From a virus, in the IMG/VR virus record IMGVR_UViG_3300047369_000529, positions 15,083 through 79,082 of that record: DNA of 64,000 bases. One strand, 5' to 3'. This document shows, piece after piece, positions 1-11,038 of this stretch; positions within the stretch are counted from its first letter, which is position 1; every line of letters begins with the position of its first letter. Made by a program: the position numbers and the translations under genes. The notes under the pieces were generated by a model, which made no database searches, was not told the DNA's origin, and saw nothing but the letters and a program-made list of their open reading frames with translations.

Positions 1-2
1 CA

Positions 3-1538
3 GTAGGTCTAGATGCACCTAGATTCTCACAAGACATATTTAAAATAAATGAAGAATATTCATACATACTATTTGATGCTCCAGGGTATGGAATGTATGC
101 ACTTGAAGTTGTTTCGGTAATAGACGATAACAATATAATAGTTACTGATCAGGCATATAAATGGACGGTAGAAGGAGTTGATAAAAATATATCACTGCAA
201 CAACCTAGTATAATTCCTAACAATACACCCCTAGAATATGCAGGAGGCGGTGAAAGAGGATGGAACAACATTTTACAAGATATTACTTCCTATGGGCTTT
301 CAAATAGAATAAACTCGAATAGAGAAATTGATTATGTTACTGTTTCCGAATTAGGTGAAATTTCAAACAACGATTATGTTATTCATATAGAAGACGGTGT
401 TGAATTTATAAAAACTTCAATATTGACTGTAGAAACTGATGATGATAAACCAAAGGCTTTTAAAATAAATAATAAGGAAATAGGATATGATTTAGTTGCG
501 AGAGAAGATGGAGGTTATTATACTACTTTAAAAAGAATGAATGGTTCATATGATCCATTGTTTAGAGATGTTATAACTTTTACATCTCCTTATGAAAAGT
601 ACAAATTCATAGACACCGATCTTGTAAGTACATGGGAGAATACTAGCAGAAATCAATGGGCTCGAAGTGAAGAAAATGCATATCATGATTATATAAGATA
701 TAATAGATTTTCAGGAATAAATTGCATGTTCTCTTCTAATTTAAAATTAAACGATAACTATGGTTTTATTAAAAATTTCTTTTTCCACAAGGTAAATGAA
801 GAAGGAGGAACAGTTGTTAAATTAAGCCAAGAAACCGATAAATTACCACTATACCCTCTGATTGGAGAAATAGCAATAGATAAAAAGGATTTAAATTTAT
901 TTAAAAGTAAATACTCTAATGATTATTACACTAGATCCTATGGAGGTTCTAGGTCGGTTCCAGTAAGTGGTACACTAAGTCCCATAGAAGAAAGATCATT
1001 CATGGCATCTACTATAATGAAAGTTAAGAATGAATATAATATTTCTTCATATGACACTATTTATGTTTCATCTTTAACTGAACTGGATATAATTAGATAT
1101 GATGAAAAAGAAAACGAAGGAGCATATTTCTTTGAAGATTCTCAAAAAATATACATAGATTTTTATGTAGCTGATTCTTTTATTAAAGAGCTAAAAGAGG
1201 ATAAAATTACTTCTTATTATAATAGATATGTAAAACCTAAATCTTCATTTGGAGATAAGACAACGCTAGAAGACGATGTAAATATTTACATTAGAGAAAA
1301 CATTATTCCAAGATTTTTAATAGATTCTATAAAAATATATGGAAAGCAGATTGCTGGTTCTTCATCCGAGTTAAATAGTATTTCTGATGTAGAAGACATT
1401 TTTTCAGGAGGATATCTTGAATTGACTAATTTTGAAATTAGAAGTTTTGCGGAAAAGCCCCTGGACTTTAGATTAATATATAATAAAAAACCCGGATATT
1501 CCTATAAATTAAGAGTCCATTCTAAAATAATTGCATAA
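3..1538 (+). CDS. C-terminal part of a large putative structural (baseplate/tail) protein, truncated by the window start
   Basis: Frame is open from base 3 (VGLDAPRF...) into the 93..1538 ORF; lies directly upstream of the tail-fibre genes; no recognisable motif. Confidence 0.45.
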   Translation, partial: VGLDAPRFSQDIFKINEEYSYILFDAPGYGMYALEVVSVIDDNNIIVTDQAYKWTVEGVDKNISLQQPSIIPNNTPLEYAGGGERGWNNILQDITSYGLSNRINSNREIDYVTVSELGEISNNDYVIHIEDGVEFIKTSILTVETDDDKPKAFKINNKEIGYDLVAREDGGYYTTLKRMNGSYDPLFRDVITFTSPYEKYKFIDTDLVSTWENTSRNQWARSEENAYHDYIRYNRFSGINCMFSSNLKLNDNYGFIKNFFFHKVNEEGGTVVKLSQETDKLPLYPLIGEIAIDKKDLNLFKSKYSNDYYTRSYGGSRSVPVSGTLSPIEERSFMASTIMKVKNEYNISSYDTIYVSSLTELDIIRYDEKENEGAYFFEDSQKIYIDFYVADSFIKELKEDKITSYYNRYVKPKSSFGDKTTLEDDVNIYIRENIIPRFLIDSIKIYGKQIAGSSSELNSISDVEDIFSGGYLELTNFEIRSFAEKPLDFRLIYNKKPGYSYKLRVHSKIIA

Positions 1539-1541
1539 CAC

Positions 1542-4500
1542 ATGAACATAAGAATCAAAGAACTTTTTAAGAGTGATCTAGATCCTAACAGCAATGAATG
1601 GTGGTCAAAGGATAAAATTGATAAAATAAATTTTAATTTTAACCTTCTTAGAAATGGAGGTCCATTGGGTCCATCTGGATTAGAAGGTCCTAATGGAGTT
1701 GAAGGGGATAAGGGTGAAACGGGAACTGAAGGAAATCAAGGTCCATTTGGTTTTCAAGGAATTGTAGGTCCTTCGGCTGTTGGAAGCTGGAAAAGCACAA
1801 TACTTAACGGCGTTGATGAAAATGGAAATAATTATTATCAAAAGGTAATTTGGCCATCTGTTCAAATCGGAGTTGCAGGTATGGCTATTCCCGTAATCGG
1901 TACCAATTCTAACTTAGACGCCAATGGAGATTATCTAAGTCCATGGTATGGAACAACTGCAACAACCCCTATAAACCTTGCTGGCAATGGAGCCTTTAAT
2001 GTTTTAACAAATGGAGCGGCTTCTATTCCATCACAGGGATGGTACTCTTCAGCATCATCTTTTTCATTAGATAGTGACGACAGTTCTCACTATTTTAATT
2101 TTGGAATAAATAATGTGTCTGATCCAATTCTTGGAACAGTGGCTAATTCTGTTTTCGAAATAAAGCCCAACGACGCCAGTTCCGGTTATAGATATGAAAT
2201 AGACTTTCAAAGGAATATTAATTTTAATTTTATTTCTAATTTTGGAAATATTAATACTTTAGGTGAAAACTCTGTAATAAATTATCCTTTATACGTAGAT
2301 GCAACTCAACCTGGTAAAAAAGTAGAATTTGTAGTAGGAGGCTTAAAATTTAATCACCAAGCTAATTTAAATAATGTATTAAAATCAAATGATAATATAG
2401 GAACTGTTACTTGGGAAAATGTTTCAAGTTTATTTTCAGTGTTACCTATAGGATCTATTGTTAAAATACCTTCTACTTCTTTTAATTCTTCTAATTTTTA
2501 TACCGATAATGCAACTGTTACAGATTTAAGTACAGGTGGAACGACTAACATTAGAACGAACTTTGGAGCAGGTAGGCCAGATGGAATGTTTGGCGCATGG
2601 TATTTATGTAATGGTAGAAAATGGGGAGATGGCGGAATTATATCATATGATACCCCTAATTTAAATGGATTTCATTATACATTGGGAGTGTCATCTACGT
2701 CTAATCCCGGAAAAAGCATATATGGAGGATCTGAAACTTCTCTTTCAACCGATACTAGCACAGGTGTTATTACACAGTCTCATCAATCAGGGTCTCAAAG
2801 CGGAAGATACCCGGGCAATATTCAAAATAATTCCGGAGATGAAAAGCATATCGTATTTGGAGAACATGTTAGTATTATTTTTTTAGGCAGTTATGGATAT
2901 GAATGGGGTAATTTAGATTCTACAGCTGAAACAACAGACTTTTCAGCAGGGTACCATGAATATGTCGATTCCCCTGATCAAGATGGTTTTGATATTTCAG
3001 CAAGATATGCAGCTTCTCTTAATCCTGTAACGCGACAGTGGACTGCTGATATAAGCGGAGGTACTTCAATAGATACCTTTTGGCTAAGTGACGCTTCTTT
3101 TACAACCGATGGAACTAGCAATCCTTCATCTTCGACAGGTATTAGAGTTTATGAAAATGGAATTGAAGTTGATGACGGATGGTTTTTTAGAGAACATTCG
3201 GCAGTACCTGGCGGAATAGCAAGATATTATGAAAATGGCACAGGATTCACAGGTTTAAAACATGTGTTCGAACCCCAACAGAGTTGGATGTGGTATGGAG
3301 AAGGTCTATGGGATGTTGACGGAAATTCAGTTGATATTTTTCAAACAACATATAATAATGAACCCGTTTCTCTAGCAACCATACAAAATAGTAATAATCC
3401 TGTTTTTGTTGAAATGCATGTGTCTAGTGATTTTCAAGGAAATCCTACCGCTAATAGTCAAAATTCAAACACTAACGATCCTGATTTTACAGATTATGAG
3501 TCAAATTCTCATATATGGTCAGTTAATTCTTCTAATCAGATTGTAATTCCTACAACTGGATGGTGGAGAAGCGTTACATATACAGATGCCTTTACAGGTA
3601 GTTATAATATATCCATACCTGCCGGTTATCAATTGACTTATAGAAAATATTGGAATAATTCAGACAACGAATTTAAAGGCGCTACGATTAAAGATAATTA
3701 TATTCCTTACAATAGGACATGGCACCTAGCTAGTGGTGCAAATTCAAGTAGTGCAGCATGTGATACATCAGGAACAAATTCATTAACATTCTATGCTAGA
3801 GACGCCCATGGTACACTTGCAGGAAATGCAGTTAGTTTACCTTTTTCTAATTTTTCTGCTATAAATTTTAACTTTATTACAGATCAAATATACGTAAGAG
3901 GAGATGCATCTCATTCGTCTGGTACAACCTCCCTAGCTGACACGGGAAAACACCCTCTAGTCCTAGTAAAAGACGGTCCTATAATAGGGGAGCAACCAAA
4001 CATAGTTATCGCTGATTCACTTTCTTCAGAATATAGAGAAATTAATTCTAATTCTATGGCTCCTACTTTATCAGATTGTAGTGGAGGCTCCGGATTCGGC
4101 TCCGGCTATGTGTTTAACTTCACAGATATTAATCCAGAATTTGGCGTCGGTAACGGTACCGTCGTTGCAGAATTTGAGTGGGATGGGCCTGGTTTGAGTA
4201 CATCTAATTTTAGTTTAACTAATCTACCTACAGGAGTTTCGGGTAGTATAGGCAGTGTAGATAATAGTAATGAAACGGTAAATGTTAATTTGACATCAAA
4301 TACAAATAACGGAATAAATCGCGATGTTACCCTTAGTCTTACAAATATTAACTATCAGATGTCACAGACCGGTACTACCTCTATTCAATTTAACTGGGGA
4401 CCATGTCACGTAGAAGGAACATTAATAACTATGTCAAACGGTAAATTTAAAAAAGTTGAAAACTTACAAATAGGAGACAGCTTATCTTCATATAAAATAG

Positions 4501-4874
4501 GTGGATTAAGAGAAAGTGGAGAATGGAGAAATTTTAAGGTAAATAAACTAATTAAAGAAGCCTCAACAGTTACAGTTGTAAACATAGTAAAAGGAACACA
4601 TATATCATATATGGATATTAATAAAGGTCTAACTAAAATAACGAGTGAACACCCTGTTTTGGTAAAACACAATAATATAATTCAATTTAAGCAGGCTGGT
4701 AAAATATCTTTAGGAGAATTTATATATGTAAATGAAAAATGGACTAAGGTTTTCAGTAATGAATATGTAAAAAAGACATCTAATACTTATAGTATAGATG
4801 TTGAAGCAGATGATGTTTATATAGCTGATGGTGTGCTTTGTCATAATCAGGAACAAGAACAGAAATATAACTAA
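1542..4874 (+). CDS. Tail fibre-like protein with collagen repeats, collar-like domain and C-terminal Hint domain
   Basis: DKINFNFNLL N-terminal motif, GXY repeats, PIGSIV...WYLCNG...TPNLNG collar-like signature, S/T/N/G-rich body, CHVEGT...TSEHP...LCHN Hint motifs. Confidence 0.75.
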   Translation: MNIRIKELFKSDLDPNSNEWWSKDKIDKINFNFNLLRNGGPLGPSGLEGPNGVEGDKGETGTEGNQGPFGFQGIVGPSAVGSWKSTILNGVDENGNNYYQKVIWPSVQIGVAGMAIPVIGTNSNLDANGDYLSPWYGTTATTPINLAGNGAFNVLTNGAASIPSQGWYSSASSFSLDSDDSSHYFNFGINNVSDPILGTVANSVFEIKPNDASSGYRYEIDFQRNINFNFISNFGNINTLGENSVINYPLYVDATQPGKKVEFVVGGLKFNHQANLNNVLKSNDNIGTVTWENVSSLFSVLPIGSIVKIPSTSFNSSNFYTDNATVTDLSTGGTTNIRTNFGAGRPDGMFGAWYLCNGRKWGDGGIISYDTPNLNGFHYTLGVSSTSNPGKSIYGGSETSLSTDTSTGVITQSHQSGSQSGRYPGNIQNNSGDEKHIVFGEHVSIIFLGSYGYEWGNLDSTAETTDFSAGYHEYVDSPDQDGFDISARYAASLNPVTRQWTADISGGTSIDTFWLSDASFTTDGTSNPSSSTGIRVYENGIEVDDGWFFREHSAVPGGIARYYENGTGFTGLKHVFEPQQSWMWYGEGLWDVDGNSVDIFQTTYNNEPVSLATIQNSNNPVFVEMHVSSDFQGNPTANSQNSNTNDPDFTDYESNSHIWSVNSSNQIVIPTTGWWRSVTYTDAFTGSYNISIPAGYQLTYRKYWNNSDNEFKGATIKDNYIPYNRTWHLASGANSSSAACDTSGTNSLTFYARDAHGTLAGNAVSLPFSNFSAINFNFITDQIYVRGDASHSSGTTSLADTGKHPLVLVKDGPIIGEQPNIVIADSLSSEYREINSNSMAPTLSDCSGGSGFGSGYVFNFTDINPEFGVGNGTVVAEFEWDGPGLSTSNFSLTNLPTGVSGSIGSVDNSNETVNVNLTSNTNNGINRDVTLSLTNINYQMSQTGTTSIQFNWGPCHVEGTLITMSNGKFKKVENLQIGDSLSSYKIGGLRESGEWRNFKVNKLIKEASTVTVVNIVKGTHISYMDINKGLTKITSEHPVLVKHNNIIQFKQAGKISLGEFIYVNEKWTKVFSNEYVKKTSNTYSIDVEADDVYIADGVLCHNQEQEQKYN
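4404..4847 (+). other. Hint (intein-like) autoprocessing domain
   Basis: Block A CHVEGTLITMSNG, block B TSEHP, blocks F/G TYSIDVE...GVLCHN; followed by Gln. Confidence 0.8.
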
Positions 4875-4933
4875 TAATTATTAAGATATAGTACTAATAC
4901 AGATATATAAACCATAAATAATAAAAAGAAGTA

Positions 4934-7900
4934 ATGCCAATACCTATTAATTTAAAGCAGATTTTACAGTCAGATACTCAGCAAGAGAAACTAGATAAAA
5001 TCAATTATAACTTTGATCAGCTTATTGCTAATGGAGGAGGACCTATGGGTGCTACTGGTTCAATTGGCGAAACCGGTGCACAGGGTGTTACTGGAGATCA
5101 AGGTGCACAAGGAACCCAAGGACCACAAGGAACCCAAGGACCTGCAGATACAAGTACTAATTCGCAATGGAAAGACGCTAGTACATGGGCAAATGGAAAT
5201 CTTAATATAAAAACCATTACGCCTATTAATAGCGAAGGTACACCCCAGGATAATCCCCCCACATCAGTACTTATAGGATTTGCTTCTAACGATCCAGAAT
5301 ATAACGAAAATATAAGCTTAAGTAATTTAGGAGGAGTTTTAAACATTAACAAAAACTCTAATTATTCATTTTCAAATATTAGGTTATTTTCTGAAAAAAA
5401 TTACGATCAATATTTAGATATTAATCTAGAAACTGATTCAGATACATCTACTAGTACTATAGAATTTAAGTTTAACTCTGCAGGAGGCACCGGAGAATTT
5501 AATTATTCAGCTGATAAATTTAAAGTTAGTGATTTATCTGGAAATGAAATGATGTCGATTGACTATGCTAATGGAGTTTTATTTACAGGCACTCTAGTGG
5601 CTTCTAGTTCAGCTGAATTCGTAGGAAGTATATTCAGAATCAATACGGCTGATCCTTCTAACCCTACTCCAAATGATCCTGTCGATGGTAAAATAGCAGT
5701 AGCTTTAGATTCAGATGGAACTATCGGTTTTAAAACTCCGGGAGAAATAGGAGCAGGTATACCAATAGGTACTATAGTCTCATTTTTAGATGAGGTGTAT
5801 GAAAGCTCTTCTAATTTTGAACAGTCTCAAACAATATCTGATATGTCAGTTGACCCTACATTAATTCAGATAACAGTAGGGAGAGGAATTGCAGGAACAG
5901 ACTACGAAGGATGGTATTTGTGTAATGGACAAACGTGGACAAATGGTACTGTATCATATACTGTACCTAATTTAAATTCATTTCAGTTTAATGTAGCGAC
6001 TAACGCTGACTATATAGTTTCTCCACAAAATAGCGAAATACCTAATATTTTAGGAGGTGGTGAATTATCTATGACAAGTTCTAATAATAATATAAGTACT
6101 ACGCTCGATACAGACACTACTGACATTTGGTTAGAAACTAGTAATGACGAAAATAACACGGAGTATAAACTTTATAAAAATCCTCAATTAATATATTTAG
6201 GGGTAGCAGATTTATATTATAATGTAACTGCTCCTCCACCTGTTAATATACAATTTATAACCAATGCTAAATTTATTACAGGCGAGTCAGCTCCTTCAGG
6301 AATTGCTGATTTAGGCACTCTAAGAACAGCTGTTGAATCCTTTAAAATATCTCCTAGCCCTACAGGTACGTTTATAAACCCTAATAGCATAGGCCTAGAA
6401 CCCAATAAACCTGCCTTAATGCGCATTGAAGTAGCGGCTAAACCATATACAGGAGAACCGGGAGGCGGAGGTTTAAACAATACTAATAGCAATACGGGTG
6501 CATATAGTTGGTTTGTTAATTGGAATGAAAGACTATATCCAGATAGTAGTAATTTAGCTAGTGGAGTTGGTATAGGTACATGGAATGATAAAGGAAATTA
6601 TAACACTGCAACAACATACAGCCAGGGAGATGTGTTCCATTACGGCGGACGTTGGTATACTTTAGCGAAGGGATTAAATTCATTTAATGAAGATCAAATG
6701 CAAGGGCTTCCCACAGATGGTAGTTTTAATCCATATAATGCACGAGTTCAATCTTCATGGTCTAAGTTTAATAATACCACACAGAAGTATTTTTATAGCT
6801 TACCAGACGCATCTGACGATTCTTCCTCTCTTTATAATCTAGCACCTTCTAATCATGGTGCATGGGTAAATGATCTTCCAGGTCAAGACGATATGTGCCC
6901 TACCGAAAAACAAGGCGCATATCATCGCAGTATAACTAGCGATGCTCAGGGTAATACAACTGGACATGCATTCTACAATGCAGAAACTAACAGTTATGTA
7001 TATCCTCCGCAAATGGTAGCCAGTTCCGGAGATAGTCTTACTAGTTCTAAAGGAGCATACACACAGCCCTTTCAAATACTGATAGATCCTGTGAGTAATG
7101 GTGGAACTTCTCAAGTAGCATTTCAAATATTACCCGTTGTAAATAGTTTTAATATTGCTGAAATACAATCGTTATACCCATCTTTAAATATAGATTCTAG
7201 CCACTTAGTACAGTATGTAGATCCTTACACTTATACTGAAACCTTAGACTGGTGGACAGAACAGGATGTTCAACATACTGTACCTGGCGCTAATGTTGTT
7301 TATACATGGGCCTTAAACGGAAATTATGATGTTTTAGGAACTAACAATGGGATGACGGCATGGAATTCAGTTCATTCATGGAGACCGTATCAACAGGATA
7401 CAGATTTTAGAAGATATGAAAAAGTAATAATGACGGTTTTATTAGAACCTGATGTTGTCAATGATATACTTAGCATAGATCCTTCTCAACAAATAAAAGT
7501 AAGGTTTGGACACTATGATGATGATTCAGGTACTGGCAGTGATACCATTCCTTCTAATTTTCAGCCACTAGGTAAATCAAACAGTAATGCGTTGGATGAA
7601 TTCGATCCGAATGACGGTTTCGAAGGTTCATATAATTATAATCTTACGACCACTAATTCTACTTTTAGCGTAAGTGATTTTAATGTTGGAGCAGGAAACG
7701 GAAGTGATACAGTATATTACACTATATCAGGTAATCCGGGAACTCCGATAGTGGAAACACCTCATACTAGTTTAATCATTACACCTAACGCACCAGATTC
7801 AAGTGGAAATGGATCTATAACAATAGAGTCAGATATGGCTTGTTCCCCAATTGCTCTGGGCCTGACCGGCCAGTCGTTTACTATCCGACATCCTAATAGC

Positions 7901-8155
7901 AGTAGTACTTCACTTACATATACAGGAAACATAACACCTGAACAGTGCCCAGTAGTACAAACTAGAACTCATACGTTCACTAACTTAAATCTCTATGTAG
8001 GCGGCGGAGGCAGCTACACTGATTCAGGTGGAAATCAACAATCATTCATTTTAGCAGGCGGCGCCCAAAGAAGCTTCTGTGCAGAGGTGGGTAGTACATC
8101 TACGTATCCCCCGGGTCAGATAACTACGTCAATCGGCAATACAATATGTTACTAA
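4934..8155 (+). CDS. Second tail fibre-like protein (paralogue of 1542..4874 at the N-terminus)
   Basis: DKINYNFDQL, GXY collagen repeats, PIGTIV...WYLCNG...VPNLN collar-like motif; divergent C-terminal region. Confidence 0.7.
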   Translation: MPIPINLKQILQSDTQQEKLDKINYNFDQLIANGGGPMGATGSIGETGAQGVTGDQGAQGTQGPQGTQGPADTSTNSQWKDASTWANGNLNIKTITPINSEGTPQDNPPTSVLIGFASNDPEYNENISLSNLGGVLNINKNSNYSFSNIRLFSEKNYDQYLDINLETDSDTSTSTIEFKFNSAGGTGEFNYSADKFKVSDLSGNEMMSIDYANGVLFTGTLVASSSAEFVGSIFRINTADPSNPTPNDPVDGKIAVALDSDGTIGFKTPGEIGAGIPIGTIVSFLDEVYESSSNFEQSQTISDMSVDPTLIQITVGRGIAGTDYEGWYLCNGQTWTNGTVSYTVPNLNSFQFNVATNADYIVSPQNSEIPNILGGGELSMTSSNNNISTTLDTDTTDIWLETSNDENNTEYKLYKNPQLIYLGVADLYYNVTAPPPVNIQFITNAKFITGESAPSGIADLGTLRTAVESFKISPSPTGTFINPNSIGLEPNKPALMRIEVAAKPYTGEPGGGGLNNTNSNTGAYSWFVNWNERLYPDSSNLASGVGIGTWNDKGNYNTATTYSQGDVFHYGGRWYTLAKGLNSFNEDQMQGLPTDGSFNPYNARVQSSWSKFNNTTQKYFYSLPDASDDSSSLYNLAPSNHGAWVNDLPGQDDMCPTEKQGAYHRSITSDAQGNTTGHAFYNAETNSYVYPPQMVASSGDSLTSSKGAYTQPFQILIDPVSNGGTSQVAFQILPVVNSFNIAEIQSLYPSLNIDSSHLVQYVDPYTYTETLDWWTEQDVQHTVPGANVVYTWALNGNYDVLGTNNGMTAWNSVHSWRPYQQDTDFRRYEKVIMTVLLEPDVVNDILSIDPSQQIKVRFGHYDDDSGTGSDTIPSNFQPLGKSNSNALDEFDPNDGFEGSYNYNLTTTNSTFSVSDFNVGAGNGSDTVYYTISGNPGTPIVETPHTSLIITPNAPDSSGNGSITIESDMACSPIALGLTGQSFTIRHPNSSSTSLTYTGNITPEQCPVVQTRTHTFTNLNLYVGGGGSYTDSGGNQQSFILAGGAQRSFCAEVGSTSTYPPGQITTSIGNTICY

Positions 8156-8159
8156 TGAT

Positions 8160-8966
8160 ATGAAAAGTATAACAAGTACATATAAACTATATAAAAATGC
8201 AATTCTTTTTGGAGGACTAGCAATTCTAATATTTTGTCTTTTACAACAGTGTAATTCTAATCAAAATTTGAAAAGAGAAATTCAGCAAATTCAAAAGGTA
8301 TCTGATAGAAATTTAAATAATTATAAGGCCTTGCAAGATACTATTGTATTAGAGAAAAACAAAAACAAAGATTTGGTTTCAAGCATAAGATCATTTGAGT
8401 ATGATGTTAATACTCTATCTGAAAAAAATAAAAACCTTATAAAAGAATATAATAGGCAATTAAATATTAATACAGAATTAGAAAACGTAAATAGTCTTTT
8501 GTCAACTACGATTAATGTAAAAGATTCTATTATAAATGCAAGCGGAGCAGTTACAGTCGTAGAAGACACTATTAAAATTAATGTAGCTGACGAAAATAAA
8601 TTTGATAAATATAACTGGAGAAGGTTTGATGGTCAAATATCACTTTTAAGAGATAGCGGACAATATAGTCTTTTTTCTTCCCGATTTAATATTGAACAGG
8701 GAATTGGATTGAGTGCAGCTATTATAACAGATAACGGGTATGATAGACTTAAAATAAGTACACCGTACGAAGGTATAACTTTTACTAATATTGAGAATAT
8801 TAATTTAGTAAACGATAGATTAAATAAAAAATATGAAAAAAGGGCAGGATGGTCAATAGGTGTTGGATTCCAATATGGACTTAACCTTAATAATAACCAG
8901 GTAATTAGTACTGGTCCTTCAATAGGATTAGGTATTTATTGGTCACCTAAATTCCTTAGATTCTAA
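8160..8966 (+). CDS. Membrane-anchored coiled-coil protein, possible spanin-like lysis protein
   Basis: N-terminal hydrophobic segment followed by Cys, long coiled coil, C-terminal amphipathic beta hairpin ending in Phe. Confidence 0.4.
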   Translation: MKSITSTYKLYKNAILFGGLAILIFCLLQQCNSNQNLKREIQQIQKVSDRNLNNYKALQDTIVLEKNKNKDLVSSIRSFEYDVNTLSEKNKNLIKEYNRQLNINTELENVNSLLSTTINVKDSIINASGAVTVVEDTIKINVADENKFDKYNWRRFDGQISLLRDSGQYSLFSSRFNIEQGIGLSAAIITDNGYDRLKISTPYEGITFTNIENINLVNDRLNKKYEKRAGWSIGVGFQYGLNLNNNQVISTGPSIGLGIYWSPKFLRF

Positions 8967-8980
8967 AAAAATAAATAAAC

Positions 8981-11038
8981 ATGGCACAATCATCAAAATT
9001 TTTAAGACTTGACGATGACATCCTAATGGAGTTCATGTATCACGATCAACATGTTGATTATGTTGATGATGCAAGAATAGAGAACGACGATAATGGAAGT
9101 CAGTTTAAGTTTTTAAACACTGAAGTAAATAATCCATCTGCTTCTAGGTTTTTAATTCATGAACTTGGATCTGACGTTGTAAATTTTAGCGTAAAGGTAA
9201 TAAATGGATATGTTTACATCAATGATTTTGCCTCTAGACAGCTAGTATTAAAAAACGGAAAAACATATAAATTTGATTTATCAGATGCTTCTATTGATAA
9301 CATTGCTGGATTTTCAATAAACGGTTCAACTACACAATTAATAGGAAGTACATATATTTATACCCCAGGGTTAAATGGTAAATTTGAATATACTTATCAA
9401 AACCTATCAGGAGAAATAATAAATGGAGGAGAAATAAATGTAGGTAATAGAGCTAATCCTTTATTTGCTGAACCAGAACAAGAAACTGGCAATAGTATCA
9501 AAACAGCAACAGGTGAAGTGGGAAGATATTATGCAGTACCTTCTTCCTTTGACGGAAAATGGGGATTATTAAAGAATGACTTAGCGTATTTAGATAGTTC
9601 TGAATGGAATGGAACAGATTCTAGCCTTTCAAATGTAAGCGACACAATAGTGGATGCAGTCTATTATGATACAATACGATTACACTTAAAAACTGGATTT
9701 TCATTCGGAGCTAGAGGAAAAGAAGGTTTCATGTTTCAAGTAAAAGTTAAGAGACAAAACGGAACAGAAAATTATTTTACCTCTATTGTATATTTAAATC
9801 ATTCTAACTTTGAAATTAGTAATCCTAATTCCTTTGTACTAGGAGATACTTCATACTCTAAATACATTCAGATTAAAATTCCTTCGTTAATTCACATGGA
9901 GGATAGTACGAAGAATGAAGATTTTAATGAAGCTTTTTTTGGAACAGGCGTAGATTCTATTTTAGATGGCACAAATTACGACATTAGTTTAAAACTAATA
10001 AATTCAATCACTGAAGAAGCTGGTATAGAATATATTAACGTAGAAGACACAATAGACGTAACTGTTGCTAGAGAAGATGAATACTTAGATTTAGCCGCGA
10101 ATATAGAAGAGGTAGAAGACATGGACTATTTTCAAGTCTATGGAACTAAGGATGGATCAAGACAAGGTTTTGAGAATTATATAAACACTAGATTACAAAC
10201 CACTAGTGATGATATAATTATTTTTCATGACATAGAAGTTAGCGAACAAATAGGTTTAGACTTTTTAGATACTTCATTTATGACATTTACTCAAACCGCA
10301 AATTATGAAGCTACTATCCCTTTCAGACCTATTATATTTAATGCAAATATCGCTAGTGCGTTTTTTATAAGACACACTATGAGAATTTATAACGAAACTG
10401 ATAATACACAAATTATTAAAGTTTCTACTATGACTTCTACAAATACCAAAAAGTACGGTACTAGGATGGAAAAAATAAACCTTAGAAACGTAGATCCCAC
10501 TATAATATACAATAAGCTTCCTAATACCACTGTGAATAGAGAGCTTAACCAATTTGTGAACTCTATAAGACCTACGGTAGGAGAGACTAAATATGTTCCT
10601 GTCGCTTTAGAAACATATAATATAAGTGCATCTACTTCTAATGTCAATACGGATTCAACTGAGTCGGAAGAATTAGATAAGATAAAATTCTATGGAAAAG
10701 GAAAAACTACTTTAAAATTATCTAAAGTTTCAGATAATTTTATAAAGTTTAATATGGTGCAAAGTTCTAAAGAAGGTAATAAAGCAGTATCTCTTGTAAG
10801 TGCTGAAAATATAATTTTAGTTATAAAAAGTGGGAAAACAGAACAAAGAATAGCTCATGACCCTTCATTTCCAAATATAGATTTAGGGCTAGGAGAAGTA
10901 TTTTTTAAAGTTCCAAGATCTACTGCAGTAAGATTTGATCAAGCAGACACTAATAAATTTTCAGATAAGTTTTATATTAACATAAAGAACGGAGAAACTG
11001 AATCCCTGCTTTATTACGGAAAAGTAAATATTATATAA
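8981..11038 (+). CDS. Hypothetical, probably structural protein
   Basis: 685 aa beta-rich ORF between tail fibres and the gp3-like gene. Confidence 0.4.
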   Translation: MAQSSKFLRLDDDILMEFMYHDQHVDYVDDARIENDDNGSQFKFLNTEVNNPSASRFLIHELGSDVVNFSVKVINGYVYINDFASRQLVLKNGKTYKFDLSDASIDNIAGFSINGSTTQLIGSTYIYTPGLNGKFEYTYQNLSGEIINGGEINVGNRANPLFAEPEQETGNSIKTATGEVGRYYAVPSSFDGKWGLLKNDLAYLDSSEWNGTDSSLSNVSDTIVDAVYYDTIRLHLKTGFSFGARGKEGFMFQVKVKRQNGTENYFTSIVYLNHSNFEISNPNSFVLGDTSYSKYIQIKIPSLIHMEDSTKNEDFNEAFFGTGVDSILDGTNYDISLKLINSITEEAGIEYINVEDTIDVTVAREDEYLDLAANIEEVEDMDYFQVYGTKDGSRQGFENYINTRLQTTSDDIIIFHDIEVSEQIGLDFLDTSFMTFTQTANYEATIPFRPIIFNANIASAFFIRHTMRIYNETDNTQIIKVSTMTSTNTKKYGTRMEKINLRNVDPTIIYNKLPNTTVNRELNQFVNSIRPTVGETKYVPVALETYNISASTSNVNTDSTESEELDKIKFYGKGKTTLKLSKVSDNFIKFNMVQSSKEGNKAVSLVSAENIILVIKSGKTEQRIAHDPSFPNIDLGLGEVFFKVPRSTAVRFDQADTNKFSDKFYINIKNGETESLLYYGKVNII

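Noticed and set aside
4404-4847. Canonical splicing intein or homing element
   Set aside because: The +1 residue is Gln, the C-extein is 8 aa and there is no endonuclease domain
1542-8155. Diversity-generating retroelement acting on the fibres
   Set aside because: No reverse transcriptase or template/variable repeat pair was seen in the window
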